This document shows positions 1 to 10,805 of a stretch of DNA of 64,000 nucleotides, piece by piece (positions within the stretch are counted from its first letter, which is position 1; every line of letters starts with the position of its first letter). Under the pieces are notes generated by a model. That model searched no databases. It saw only the letters and a program-made list of their open reading frames with translations, and was not told the DNA's origin. A program made the translations under genes and the position numbers. Source of the stretch: Trypanosoma brucei (Eukaryota); the NCBI GenBank assembly GCA_000002445.1, contig CM000207.1:576001-640000 (forward strand). Reading direction: 5' to 3'.

Positions 1-1130
1 TCTGATATGCCACGAGGCGATGCTTGGCACTTCCTCACGTCTAGTAGCGAAACCCCTAAATGGATAGAAGGGTATTCATCCCCACTGCTATCCTTCCTTG
101 CCCCAGCATCATCGGTAGGGGTTTTGCAATCCCCTAAAAAGGACGGACAATACGTCGGTGATTGCACCTCCTCTTGCAAATAAGGTTGAGATCCAACTAC
201 TTTCTCCCGTTCAACAAGCTGCGCATACAAACGCACGAGATTCGGTGGGAAGAGGTGTGGTTCCCCGCGGAGCGATGCCAACCGCAACCGAGAGATATAT
301 ATGCTCAATATCTGGAATCCATAATCTTGAAGATTATTCCCCATGAGACGCAGCTCATCCAATGTGTCCGCCGACCAAAGGAGAAGTTTACCAATAAGCG
401 TAGCACTACGATGCGTAAGGTGGTTTTCACTTAAATCAAGTATGCGTAACCCACGAAGGGGGCCGTACCCACGCACCCCATTGCGGGATGCTGACAATAT
501 TTCATTTCTCCTGGGAACCAAGTCGTCGCTACTGGAGATGGTTTTTTCCCCTAAGGGGGGCAGAATACCGCGGACAGTGGGTAGATCTACCCGTCGTGCA
601 GACGGACCGGGTTTGCGACCGACAGCGTACGCAAGGGAGTGGCGTAGAAGCTCCGCCAGTTTTCTATCTGTTACTCCCATCCGCACCAACCGCAGTGACA
701 CTAGATTTGGCATGGCCGGCAGCATAGTTTGGCACAGCCAACTCCATTGTACGTTGTCTAAACTTACATCACTGAAATCGACTTGACGCACCTGTCCGAT
801 ACAGAGACGTTGCCGTAGCTGGCGGTAAAGAATAGCCCATTCCATGGTGGATGAAATGGAAAGGGCAACATGCACACTTTTAGCTACTTCCACCTCCGCC
901 GCCGACATCAGTACGGTGAGGCTGGGTGCACTCGAGAACCCGCCACTGCGTGAGCCCAACAAGTCCCCAAGCTCAAGCAGTTGTGGTGCCGGTGATAACT
1001 CACTTGGCCCGGGTTCCTCATCATCTACCGACCCACTAAGCAATCGTCGCTCAATATCACTGCTACCATTGTAAGGCAGTTCCGCGCCGTCGTTTAACTG
1101 AGACAAACTACTACGCAATAAATCAACCAT
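1..1130 (-). CDS. RNI-like leucine-rich-repeat protein, partial (start codon at 1128-1130, continues past the window start)
   Basis: My own reverse-complement translation from the ATG at 1130 is open to position 1, and an in-frame stop lies immediately upstream at 1140-1142. The product starts MVDLLRSSLSQLNDGAEL and contains LRLVRMGVTDRKLAELL, LRILDLSENHLTHRSATLIGKLL and LDELRLMGNNLQDYGFQILS, which are ribonuclease-inhibitor-type LRRs. It is absent from the ORF track, presumably because it is truncated by the window edge. Confidence 0.6.
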   Translation of the reverse strand, partial: MVDLLRSSLSQLNDGAELPYNGSSDIERRLLSGSVDDEEPGPSELSPAPQLLELGDLLGSRSGGFSSAPSLTVLMSAAEVEVAKSVHVALSISSTMEWAILYRQLRQRLCIGQVRQVDFSDVSLDNVQWSWLCQTMLPAMPNLVSLRLVRMGVTDRKLAELLRHSLAYAVGRKPGPSARRVDLPTVRGILPPLGEKTISSSDDLVPRRNEILSASRNGVRGYGPLRGLRILDLSENHLTHRSATLIGKLLLWSADTLDELRLMGNNLQDYGFQILSIYISRLRLASLRGEPHLFPPNLVRLYAQLVEREKVVGSQPYLQEEVQSPTYCPSFLGDCKTPTDDAGARKDSSGDEYPSIHLGVSLLDVRKCQASPRGIS

Positions 1131-1880
1131 AACCAGCCACTACTGCCGTCACAAAAATGATGAAAAAAAAATCACAAAAAAAAAACAACTCAAACAGCGG
1201 ACAACTTAAAAACACTGTGCGGTAACCACCACAAATGCGCAGCTTCGCACTAGCGTATGTTTCACACTTCTTTTAATCTATGTCCTTCTTGTTGTTTCCT
1301 TCCCTGCTCCGCAAACACTACCGCGTTGTCACCCTTCGCGTTTGCAAGCGTCACCAACACACAGCAAGTAAGTAGTGAAATAAAACAGAAGGAGGAGAAA
1401 GTGACCTCACTGCAATGCAAAGATGGGGCAAACACCACCACCCCTCTCCGCAGAGCACAGCCCGCGTGCTCTCCCTTACCTTAATCTATCTTCAGGAGAC
1501 AAGCTCTGCGTGTGGTGGGAGACACACTTACCTCTTTTCAGCAAATGTGGTAATAAGGATAAAATAAAAAGATCAACGGAAGAAAGACAGAAAAGAACAC
1601 ATGAGAGACGAAAGGAGAGAATAAATAAAAAAACAGAGAGTTTAATGACGCATATGCACATGCGCAGCCGTTTTTCCTTTAAGAGAAAAACTTAAGGTAT
1701 CAGTTACACGGAAGCGAGTAATCCCACCAAAGGTGAGCCTACAGTTCTGGAGGTACCTTCCCATTACCTTATTATCGTATCTTGGTTCACCGCTTCTGTC
1801 ATTAAACCCGTCACATATGTTAGAGAAAAGCGCTCAAAGGCATGTACGACGACGAAAAACAGAACCTTCAGCCAAACAAA

Positions 1881-1884
<4 letters not shown>

Positions 1885-1913
<29 letters not shown>
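1885..1913. repeat. (TA)n microsatellite
   Basis: Direct inspection. Confidence 0.95.
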
Positions 1914-1916
<3 letters not shown>

Positions 1917-2648
1917 AATATATATATGAATATCACAATATCGGTACACTTCAGAGAACCCACGCAACACGAAGCAATGCACCCCCATTACCACCACCCC
2001 ACCCGCCTTCCTCAAGCAACAGTACAAACCGCACCCCTGGATTAAAAGGAGGAGGTTGTCGCCAGCTCCGCTGTGAGGAACATAAATCTGCTAAAGCATT
2101 TGGGTGCATACGATAGTTGAGTAGGGATGCGAAGCGCAAATGCGACATCTTAGCGATTCGGTTGGAAGGGGTCGTCAGCAGTTTGCGAAGGGGGGGAGAA
2201 GGAGTCTAACAAAAACGATAATAGTTCTCCCTTTTTGTTAATCAGTTCATTTGCTATACGCAGTTACGTGCCTCTTCCGTCTTTTTTTTCTTTCTTTTAT
2301 GTACAGCGTCCATATTTAATTCCCCTCTCCCAAGTTGAGTTTGGGGAGGCGTACCGTTACCTTTTGACAATTCTGACATCCCTGGTCTAGTGACTCGAGC
2401 GACCCACCAGTACTAACCCTCGCAACCGCAACCCTCTAATTTTAACGTGTTCATGTGCTGAGGCAAATCAATTGTCCTAGCACATACACGGCGCGCAGGC
2501 AACAACGTGAGGAGTAAGAGATGTTGCTCCAACCAAATACCTTCTTCAACAGCCTCGCGGCAACAACAACAACAATAGGAATGCACGATTTCCCCCTTTC
2601 CACAAATACGGAAAACGGGAGCTGAAGAAATAGAACGAAGTAGACACA

Positions 2649-4469
2649 TCACTTAGTCTTTCTCCTCCGCCACAAAATGAATCCTGTTACCGTCAGAAAT
2701 GCGGCGCTTCCCACGAGCGGAATCAATACCCCATAGATCTGCGCCCTATTAAATCTGTAGCCACCCCAGTTTTGATAATCAGTGGAAATGTCTTTCGCCT
2801 TCCTCCCAGTCGTCCCACCACTCGCAGCATTTCTTCCCTGTCCCTCCTTTTCGGAAGCAGGACCACCCAACGACGATGCTGACATCACCCCGGGTTGCCC
2901 AGAAGCCGCCGCACCACCGCGCTCGGAAGCACCACGTCCAACAGTTGATTCCACCTTAATTCGACTAACCACAGGCAAATCGTACCACAATTTGGGATCA
3001 TTATAAAGAACGAGGGGCTGAGGTTTCTGGTTGACTTCGTGTTGGGAGGTTTGGATAAGGTACGTCGAAGGCGCGGAGTGCAACTCCTTAATAATGATAC
3101 GATAATTTTCAATGGGTTGGAACACAGCGTCAAATGCATCGAACAATGGGGCTAAATTCACACGCCGCCCCATAGCCTGAAGAAAGGACATGTTCTGAAG
3201 CGGCTCCAACTCTTCCACAGAAAGAACAACATCGGTGATGTCCTTTACCACATCGTCTTCGTAAATCGCCTCCACCCGCATGTTGGGCACCTCATCTGGG
3301 CACAAGCTAAGAACTTCATCACGATATTCCTTGCAGTTCACGTAACAAAAAGGAACGGCATAGCGCTTCCACACGGGACCATAACCAAACAAGACTTCAT
3401 CCGCTGATTTCAGCTGCTTCAGTACCTGGGCAAAATCGTAATGAAACTCCATCAGATCACCGGGAGTAAGGTCATGAAAGTGACGCGGACGGTAGTTAGT
3501 TACTAATGGGGCAACTACAAACTGCGCAACCGCCGTATGTGGTTGTCCAACCTTTCCAAAGCGTTGGTCTACTTTAATGTGCGGGAGTGAAGTCTTGCAA
3601 CGCTCGCGAAGAGGTGCCATAAAAGGTGAAACACTATGTAAGAGGGCGTTAGCGAAGGCTTCGAACGCATTTTTCTGAGCGGCCTCCCTCTTCTGTTGCC
3701 CCTTCGTTGGTTTTTTCCACCTCCGGTTACCGTTTGCCGTGAGAGGGGGCAAGGGCCGTCCAAATTCGTCAACATCATCATCACCGACACTTGAAGCCAT
3801 ACCATGCCCCCCTACAATACGGGACGTGCCGTGAACTCGATCGCCGTTGTGCTCCCTACCTTCCAGGTTAGTTAGTACAGTTTGTGCCTTCCCCTTCATT
3901 GCGGAGGCGGCCTTCAGCCACTTACCGCTCTGCAATGGTCTCACTACATCACATCCCGGAAGATCAGGGTACGCAGCAGGGTCAAGGATTGAGGCAGCAC
4001 CAGGTGTCGTCTTAGGAGTCGCACGTAATCCCTTCGGGTTGGAAACAGCATTTTCGGCCTCATGCTCCGCTGCTTCCTGTCTTCCCGGAGTGTCCTGCTC
4101 GCCGTTAAGCTGCCGCTCAAGGAGTTCTCGTGTAAGAGCCATGACGTTGTCAAACTCCTTCTTCCAATCTATTCCCTCAAGCGTAAACTCACCAACTTCC
4201 GTTGCATTCGGTGCTGAAATGCTTTGGCCGGCCAGCATAAACGAAGGGAAGTACGGAGGAGGATCACTAACCATGTCATTCCACTGCAACGTGTCATATT
4301 GTTCCTGCGGGGGTGAACCTGGAACGGTATTCATGCTACCATTCGTCCCTACTCCGCTCTTCTGCTCGAGTCCTTCACCTTCCGCAACGGCAGAATCTGG
4401 AAGGGAAAAAGCTGAAAAATCACCTGTTGGTACCCATTCCTTCGCATTCGCATTCAGCTGGCTAGTCAT
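2649..4469 (-). CDS. Hypothetical protein, 606 aa, with a C-terminal tail-anchor TM helix
   Basis: Long minus-strand ORF in the coding-strand context. The C-terminus reads YGVLIPLVGSAAFLTVTGFILWRRRKTK (hydrophobic helix followed by a basic stop-transfer). The central region is acidic and proline-rich. I recognise no family. Confidence 0.55.
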   Translation of the reverse strand: MTSQLNANAKEWVPTGDFSAFSLPDSAVAEGEGLEQKSGVGTNGSMNTVPGSPPQEQYDTLQWNDMVSDPPPYFPSFMLAGQSISAPNATEVGEFTLEGIDWKKEFDNVMALTRELLERQLNGEQDTPGRQEAAEHEAENAVSNPKGLRATPKTTPGAASILDPAAYPDLPGCDVVRPLQSGKWLKAASAMKGKAQTVLTNLEGREHNGDRVHGTSRIVGGHGMASSVGDDDVDEFGRPLPPLTANGNRRWKKPTKGQQKREAAQKNAFEAFANALLHSVSPFMAPLRERCKTSLPHIKVDQRFGKVGQPHTAVAQFVVAPLVTNYRPRHFHDLTPGDLMEFHYDFAQVLKQLKSADEVLFGYGPVWKRYAVPFCYVNCKEYRDEVLSLCPDEVPNMRVEAIYEDDVVKDITDVVLSVEELEPLQNMSFLQAMGRRVNLAPLFDAFDAVFQPIENYRIIIKELHSAPSTYLIQTSQHEVNQKPQPLVLYNDPKLWYDLPVVSRIKVESTVGRGASERGGAAASGQPGVMSASSLGGPASEKEGQGRNAASGGTTGRKAKDISTDYQNWGGYRFNRAQIYGVLIPLVGSAAFLTVTGFILWRRRKTK

Positions 4470-5008
4470 CTTATTCTTTTTTCCTACCCCTAACTCGCCA
4501 CGTATGTTCTCCTTTATGGGGGATTATCCTTCCTACTAAAGTGGTTAATATGTGCGATGGTGAACACGATTGGGGGTACACGTAAATAAATATATATGTA
4601 TATTTGGTCATATTTACAGAGGGGAAATGAAGAGGGGAAACAAATAATACACCTGACAGGAAACCGCAACATCACTTACTTCGTGTTGGTGATGACGCCG
4701 GCCCACACTCACCCCCTCCCTTCTCCCACAGTCAAAAGGGGCTTAACAAAAAAAAATCCGCGCAATAAAACTCCAACGGAGATTCGAAGAACAGGCGGCA
4801 AAGCAAAGGAGAATAGTTACGCGTATATGCGTACTTCAATGTCGGGTTTAGGAACTTCCCCCTTGGTAGAGATAACGACACGTATAGAAAATAATGCGCG
4901 ATCCTCATTTCCCCCCCCCCAGTCCCTTATGTTAAGAGGAGTCCAACACCATGCGCGTCGATATGAACGGTCCGGTTGCGGACTCATCAATACTCCATAG
5001 ATCCGTCC

Positions 5009-6118
5009 CTACTCGGGGGAGAAAAAGCTCTCTAGGAACTTAGACAAGTATTTGTTGTATTCCATAACGTGTGGAAGGTCACGATGCCAACACTCCTTGA
5101 AACTCAGCAATAGTTGATGATGGAGAGCGAAGTAGCCAACCTCGAAATCGCTCGTCTCCTCCCCCTCCGAGCAGTCGACGGAATTTTGAGAGAGTGCACC
5201 GATTGATTGAGTCCCCACTTCCGACATCGCAGCAGCACTACGCAAACTACCGGTAAGAATTCCGGGTTTATGACCACGCGAAATTGTGTCATAAAGCACC
5301 TCTAGTTGTGGAAGAAACACCTTGTAGTCCCGTTGAAGGAGTAATTGGGCTGTAAACTGAATGGAGACAACAGCGAGAAGGTACCAATGATTCTTTTTAT
5401 CGGCTAGCGCACGCTTATTGAATTCCATCATTCCTTTTAGATGGTCATTATATGCCTCAGCAAAGTGCAGAAATTGGCGGAGAGCGAGCACACCACCACC
5501 ACGGAGGTCTGTCACGGGGTCCATGCCCTGAAACCCGAGATCGTTCCACTCGCTACTCCTTCGGGCGAATGCCGACTTTGGTTTCCCCGCCGCCACCCAC
5601 AACCTTTCCAGTAGCGCAATATGCTGTGGGTTTCCGTCGTCGAATGCCGTGGCCCGTTCCGCCTCTAAGCGAGCCGCCTGCTCCTCGCAACGGCATAACT
5701 GTTGCATCATATGACACACATGCTCCTCTGCACCATTTGCACCATCCGCAGGTGGTTGGTCGGCAGTCCCCACCGGGAACGCCTCCTGCAGGCACTCGAA
5801 GAGCTTACGATTAATTCTAATCGCTTTCTCCTCCCCGCCACGGAAGAAGAACACCAACTGCCCAACCGTGGTGATTTCCCCCTTCATTATGTGTTCAGCA
5901 GCCTTCTTCACGGCTAACTCTGGCTGGTTTACAGCAATATTAACACTCTGTAAAACCGGCGTGCGACGACAGACCTTTCGTGTTTGGCAACGGTATACCT
6001 TATATAAGAGGAACAACAAACCCCCTGCTCCAGCTACAAGCGCCGCCATTACGGGTGTCGGGAGACCGAAACACCTGCTATCGCTCCCCACTTCCAGACA
6101 AGACATACTGGAACCCAT
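5009..6118 (-). CDS. ELMO/CED-12 domain-containing protein
   Basis: The translation contains EWNDLGFQGMDPVTDLRGGGVLALRQFLHFAEAY, which matches the ELMO-domain core (W..LGFQ..DP.TDFRG.G). The N-terminus MGSSMSC fits an N-myristoylation/palmitoylation motif and is followed by the hydrophobic stretch VMAALVAGAGGLLFLLYKVY. Confidence 0.75.
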   Translation of the reverse strand: MGSSMSCLEVGSDSRCFGLPTPVMAALVAGAGGLLFLLYKVYRCQTRKVCRRTPVLQSVNIAVNQPELAVKKAAEHIMKGEITTVGQLVFFFRGGEEKAIRINRKLFECLQEAFPVGTADQPPADGANGAEEHVCHMMQQLCRCEEQAARLEAERATAFDDGNPQHIALLERLWVAAGKPKSAFARRSSEWNDLGFQGMDPVTDLRGGGVLALRQFLHFAEAYNDHLKGMMEFNKRALADKKNHWYLLAVVSIQFTAQLLLQRDYKVFLPQLEVLYDTISRGHKPGILTGSLRSAAAMSEVGTQSIGALSQNSVDCSEGEETSDFEVGYFALHHQLLLSFKECWHRDLPHVMEYNKYLSKFLESFFSPE

Positions 6119-7379
6119 AACCTGCTGTTAGTAAATGCGTCTACAAATATATAAAGAAAAGGCGTTGGGCCTCAAATTAAGGCAAAGTTGCCGTATGCGA
6201 CCCTCCTGTCCCAAGTCGTTCGGCACCGCTTATAAGTTTCTACCCCCCCCCCCCTAGATACAAAATAGATGTAGCAGCACAAGGAGTATAGAAAGGGGGA
6301 AAAAACAGAAACGGGAGCAAGTGACTGCGTGTGCGTATGTGACTCACCAGCCTCGGAAAACTAGTAGTACCAAACGACGAGAAAGAGGATGGGAAGCGTA
6401 GCAGAGGGAAAAACAGAAAAAGACAAAAAAAGACACAGGTGGAAAAAGTGTAGTATACATCAACGACCCGGCATAATAGACTGTGACGCTACATCACCAT
6501 ATTTTTTCTTACTCTTTTTTCTTTCTCCCACTAAAAGGTGCATCAACGCACCCATTCCACTTGGCAAGTTTAGTAAATGAAATGAAAGAGGCAGTTACGA
6601 AAATAAAAATAATAAAAATAACAATGTGGTGACTATGGATAATACTTACAAAAGCGACGAACGAACAGGAGGTATTATTTTTTTTTAAAGCGTGAAAAGG
6701 GGGCATTACTAAAACTATGGATACATCGTGGCGCAAAAATGAGCATGGTATAGTTAAATACAGATATATTTATATTAAAATGCACTAAGTAGGAATAAAC
6801 GAACGAAAACAAAGCAACAGAGCAAAGTCCATCCTCCCCAAAGGCAGTCACTGAGAAAAAAGGATGAGAATTACAACAGCAAAAAGAATAATAAAAAAAA
6901 AAAAGCATCACCGCACCTCGGCTGGGATGCCGACAACCCCGAAGGAAGACTATACCAAAGGGTACGAAAAAAAAAGGAGGAACGGGGGAGGAAGGCGCGA
7001 AAGAGAGAAAAGTAAAATAAATTCTGTATTTTTTATGGAAGCATAAATGGAAATAACAATACACAACATGAAATTGAGGAAAGCAGTGAGGGAAAATCGA
7101 AAGGGGAAGGGAAATTGAAATCTGTATCAACCCTCATACACGCAAGATGGTGTGTATGTGTGGGAGATTGAACAATGGTGCCTGTGTAGTTCTATATCCC
7201 CATAGAAATACACTGAGACATTTATGGTTGCGGAATCGTTTCTATCCGTGACCCGCCTTACAGCAACCAACACACATCCGTTTGGTTGGCAACTTTCTTA
7301 ACCAAACGTTCACGCAAACCTCTCAACTACCTATACAAAAAGCATGACGGCGTGTACAACCCACCTCACTGTGCATATC

Positions 7380-8831
7380 CTACCGTGACCGCTGACGAAA
7401 CGACGAGTACCTGGCGGAAGGAACGTCACCAGCGAAGTTTATGGCTCTTCGTTGGCGCCGTCTCCCGGTTCTGTTGGTCCTGTCCAAACCTTGCATTAGG
7501 GAAGGTGTTTTGGCATTTCGTTGATCAATCGACCCTTCCCGCGATCTCCCCGACTCTTGTGAAACAGGGCAGATGACAGTCACAGCCCGGTCGTCATCCA
7601 CTGGGGAAACTTGCAGGCATCCACCGCTACAAGAGTCTAACAAAGAAGTTTGTGACGATTTACCTTCGGTCTCAGGCGCAGGTCCCTCTTTTGCATTCTC
7701 GATTATCGAGCTCACCGTTTCCAAAGGTCCAAACCACGCTGACGACCACCGTGACATCCCTCCTCTCGCTTCGGCCGGCAGAGAAAAAGACGGTGACCCC
7801 GAAGCAACGCACCCCGAGTATGTCCGAGGCGAATCGGTTGCCCACGCTCCCATTGTTTCATGCGGAGGCAAGATCCGACTATTATGGATATTACATGTAG
7901 TCATATCCTTTGGCATTCCGTTAGGAGACTCAACAGAAATATCACTGTTAGGGGAATGCGCCGTTATTGATTCATCCACAAACCACTCAGATTCTTCGGG
8001 TACCGCTTGGAACGTGTACGAGGGCACAAAGGGAGTGCGATGGTAAAAATTGACATCCAGCACATCAACGTACATGTCGTCTGACATCCGCGGTACAAAA
8101 GGGTGACTGCCAGTACCGTTAGGCACACCAAACCACGACCGATCCCTGTTATGTTGCGATGGTAACAAGATACCACCGCTTCGCATGCCACTTGACTCTT
8201 CACAAGGTATATATCGACTACCACCGTTTATTATAGAAGAAGGAAACCCCCTTCCCGTGAAGAGCGAACTGGTAGTGATGGGAGGCCCCTCGTGCTGGCT
8301 GGAGGGTAGAGGCAGTTTGCTTCCCTGCTGCCGCGCAACATCCACGCGGTGTGTTTTGTCAGTTCCGCCACCGTCAGCGATATTTCCCTCACTCGTTGAT
8401 TCATCCTTCAATGTGGGAGGCGTTGTGGACTCGTGCCCAACAGCATCGGTGGTAGTTTCCGCACGTGGCGACCGCAGCTCAGTTGCTGCCTTCACTGACC
8501 AGTCCAATGCCACGCAGTCGACCCCACGACTGCTACTTCCTCCGCTTGAGGTTAATCCAGTTGGGCGACGAGTGGAACGGCGGGCGCGCCTCGGGATCCT
8601 TGACGACCCTTCAGCCTTATTTCTCCCCAACCGAATACCACTGTTACTTCTATTAACATTGTTAATACCACCTTCACTCACGCGCATTGCAGGGTCGCTG
8701 TGACGAATAGAACCGATTTGATTATGGTCATCGCCTGCGTCTTGAAAACCAGTATTAGTGGTGTTGCTACTGGGAGCAAGGCCTCTTTGAACCGTTGCTC
8801 GCGCCTTACTGCCTCCGGTCCACCGAAGCAT
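7380..8831 (-). CDS. Hypothetical low-complexity (S/R/G/T-rich) protein, 483 aa
   Basis: Minus-strand ORF co-oriented with its neighbours. The composition is biased and I see no recognisable domain. The true start may be an internal Met. Confidence 0.45.
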   Translation of the reverse strand: MLRWTGGSKARATVQRGLAPSSNTTNTGFQDAGDDHNQIGSIRHSDPAMRVSEGGINNVNRSNSGIRLGRNKAEGSSRIPRRARRSTRRPTGLTSSGGSSSRGVDCVALDWSVKAATELRSPRAETTTDAVGHESTTPPTLKDESTSEGNIADGGGTDKTHRVDVARQQGSKLPLPSSQHEGPPITTSSLFTGRGFPSSIINGGSRYIPCEESSGMRSGGILLPSQHNRDRSWFGVPNGTGSHPFVPRMSDDMYVDVLDVNFYHRTPFVPSYTFQAVPEESEWFVDESITAHSPNSDISVESPNGMPKDMTTCNIHNSRILPPHETMGAWATDSPRTYSGCVASGSPSFSLPAEARGGMSRWSSAWFGPLETVSSIIENAKEGPAPETEGKSSQTSLLDSCSGGCLQVSPVDDDRAVTVICPVSQESGRSREGSIDQRNAKTPSLMQGLDRTNRTGRRRQRRAINFAGDVPSARYSSFRQRSR

Positions 8832-9266
8832 TACAGTATCTTGCGAAAGTTATGTTTGTACGACGCGCTATTAAGCGATCGTGCCTGAGTCCGAGGAAGT
8901 AATAGACAAGAGCAGTTTTACCACTACCGACGTGTCACTCCAACACCTCCCTTTCTGTACCTAATCCTGCTAAAAAAAAAGGGTTTCTTATGTGACCACA
9001 ACGCAATGTCACAAAGAGGGTCACAAAAACACACACAAAAACGAATATATCACTTGCTGCGAGAGTCCTTTCGTTTCTCATTTAATGTATTGTCAAATCG
9101 CAGAAATTAAATGGAAAAAATGCGGCACAACAGAAGAAAGATGAAAGGAGAAGTGAGTCTGGTACGCCAGATGCAAGAAAAACAACGAGTCCTGAAGAAG
9201 TATAATAGAAGGGTTAACACAAGAAAGATGGGAAGAAAACATAGTAACGTAAAACAAAACGAAACA

Positions 9267-9286
9267 CTCATTCACTCACTCACTCA

Positions 9287-9322
<36 letters not shown>
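9267..9322. repeat. Compound microsatellite (CACT)n(TA)n
   Basis: cactcactcactcactca followed by (ta)17. Confidence 0.95.
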
Positions 9323-9324
<2 letters not shown>

Positions 9325-10805
9325 AATAACACGACACCTGTGCATCAAAGCATGTGTACGCCGATAAGGAAAGAGACACTGGCAACAATCAGTAGCTAAG
9401 CCACCACAAACAGAGTAGGAAAGGAAAGAGAAAAAGAGAAGGCGAGAAAAAACCGTAAATGTGCTTCGACCATCGACCTCCTTCGATTAGTGTTGTTGTG
9501 GACCACAAAAAGGCCAAAGAAAAGAAGGATGCCAGTGAATTTAAAAAGAAAATTTCATGGCAACGATAAATGTAGGTGAAGTGGGCGGAATCATTTGCAT
9601 TGCATTCGCTTGCTTGCCCACTGAGTACAAGGGAAAGCAACAACAAAAAAGGGGAGAGGAAGCGAGGAGAGAAGGAAAAACAGCCGACATTCAGAAGTGT
9701 GTCGTGAAAAGAGGGAAGAGCGACAACAACTGCAAAAAGCAGTAGAACAAAGGTATATATATATATATAGTCCCCTCCAAACTCCCTAGAACCACACAAA
9801 CAAAAACGGTGGAAGTCAAACTATTTCCCTCGTTCTCACTCATATTTTTAAGCACTCAAGCGCATGTACATTCTACAATTATAACGGGGTCTATATTGAT
9901 CCCATGCAACCCGCTGACGGCACCGCTACCCTCACCGTCTCGTAACATGCTCAGTTACGCCATCAATACCCAGCCCCATGAACCGTTTTTATCCTCCCTG
10001 TGTTGCTTCGCTTCTGACGCACATAGATAAAGTGGAACAGGGATAAAAATAAACTCCCTTCCGGCAACAAGTCATTTTTTCACCTCTTATAACAGTCTAC
10101 AACCTTCTCCGTCCCACACCCACACCATCATTATCATTATCTTCGGTTTTTCAACTTTATCACCATCATCTTTTCACTCACACGACACACAAACCTTCAA
10201 CCCCCCCCCCACACACACACACCACACTCTAATACAACCACATCACATGCTCCAAAGAGCCTTTCACCTTATCCTCGTGATTACAAACAGCAACAAAAAG
10301 ACGCACTCCTATTCGTTTTCACTCCTTCGCTCCTACTCCAATTCCCTTTTTGCACCGAATCAAACAGCAATACTTACACGAGCCGACAAAAAACAGTGAG
10401 ACACCGGGGGCAGCGGTGGCGGTAAAGTAAAGTGAAGTTGAAGTGAAGGGGAAAAACAAACAAACGGACAAAAAAGAAGGGAGGAAGCAGTCATTCAGCT
10501 GCTGGACAAAATAAAAAGTAAAGGTTGTATAACAAGAAGTGCTCCTATAGGGTACAGCTGCTGTGCGCACATTTGACGAAGATAAGGAAAAAGGTGGTGT
10601 GGTGACGCGAACAGAGTGTGGCGGGGGGGGCATGGAAAAAAATAAGTGGATGTCGACATCTCCCTTCCCGAATATCCAAACAAAGTACACCAAACGAAGG
10701 GGAAAACAACAGTTATACATACCTACTTCAATCAATAGATTACCTTAATGGTTGAACAAGATTATAAGGTACCTCCCCTTCCCTCTTTCCTCTTCACTAA
10801 CTTTC

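Noticed and set aside
343-786. Plus-strand ORFs 158..346, 162..434, 343..786, 488..727 and 844..1074
   Set aside because: They are antisense to the edge-truncated minus-strand LRR gene. They are rich in R/S/L with no motifs, and such antisense ORFs are commonplace in GC-balanced coding DNA.
3847-4539. 230 aa plus-strand ORF
   Set aside because: It lies entirely within, and antisense to, the 606 aa minus-strand gene, with S/C/P-rich junk composition.
6509-7130. ORFs 6509..6736(-) and 6675..7130(-)
   Set aside because: F/L/C/S-rich translations of a T-rich (minus strand) intergenic tract. No coding signal.
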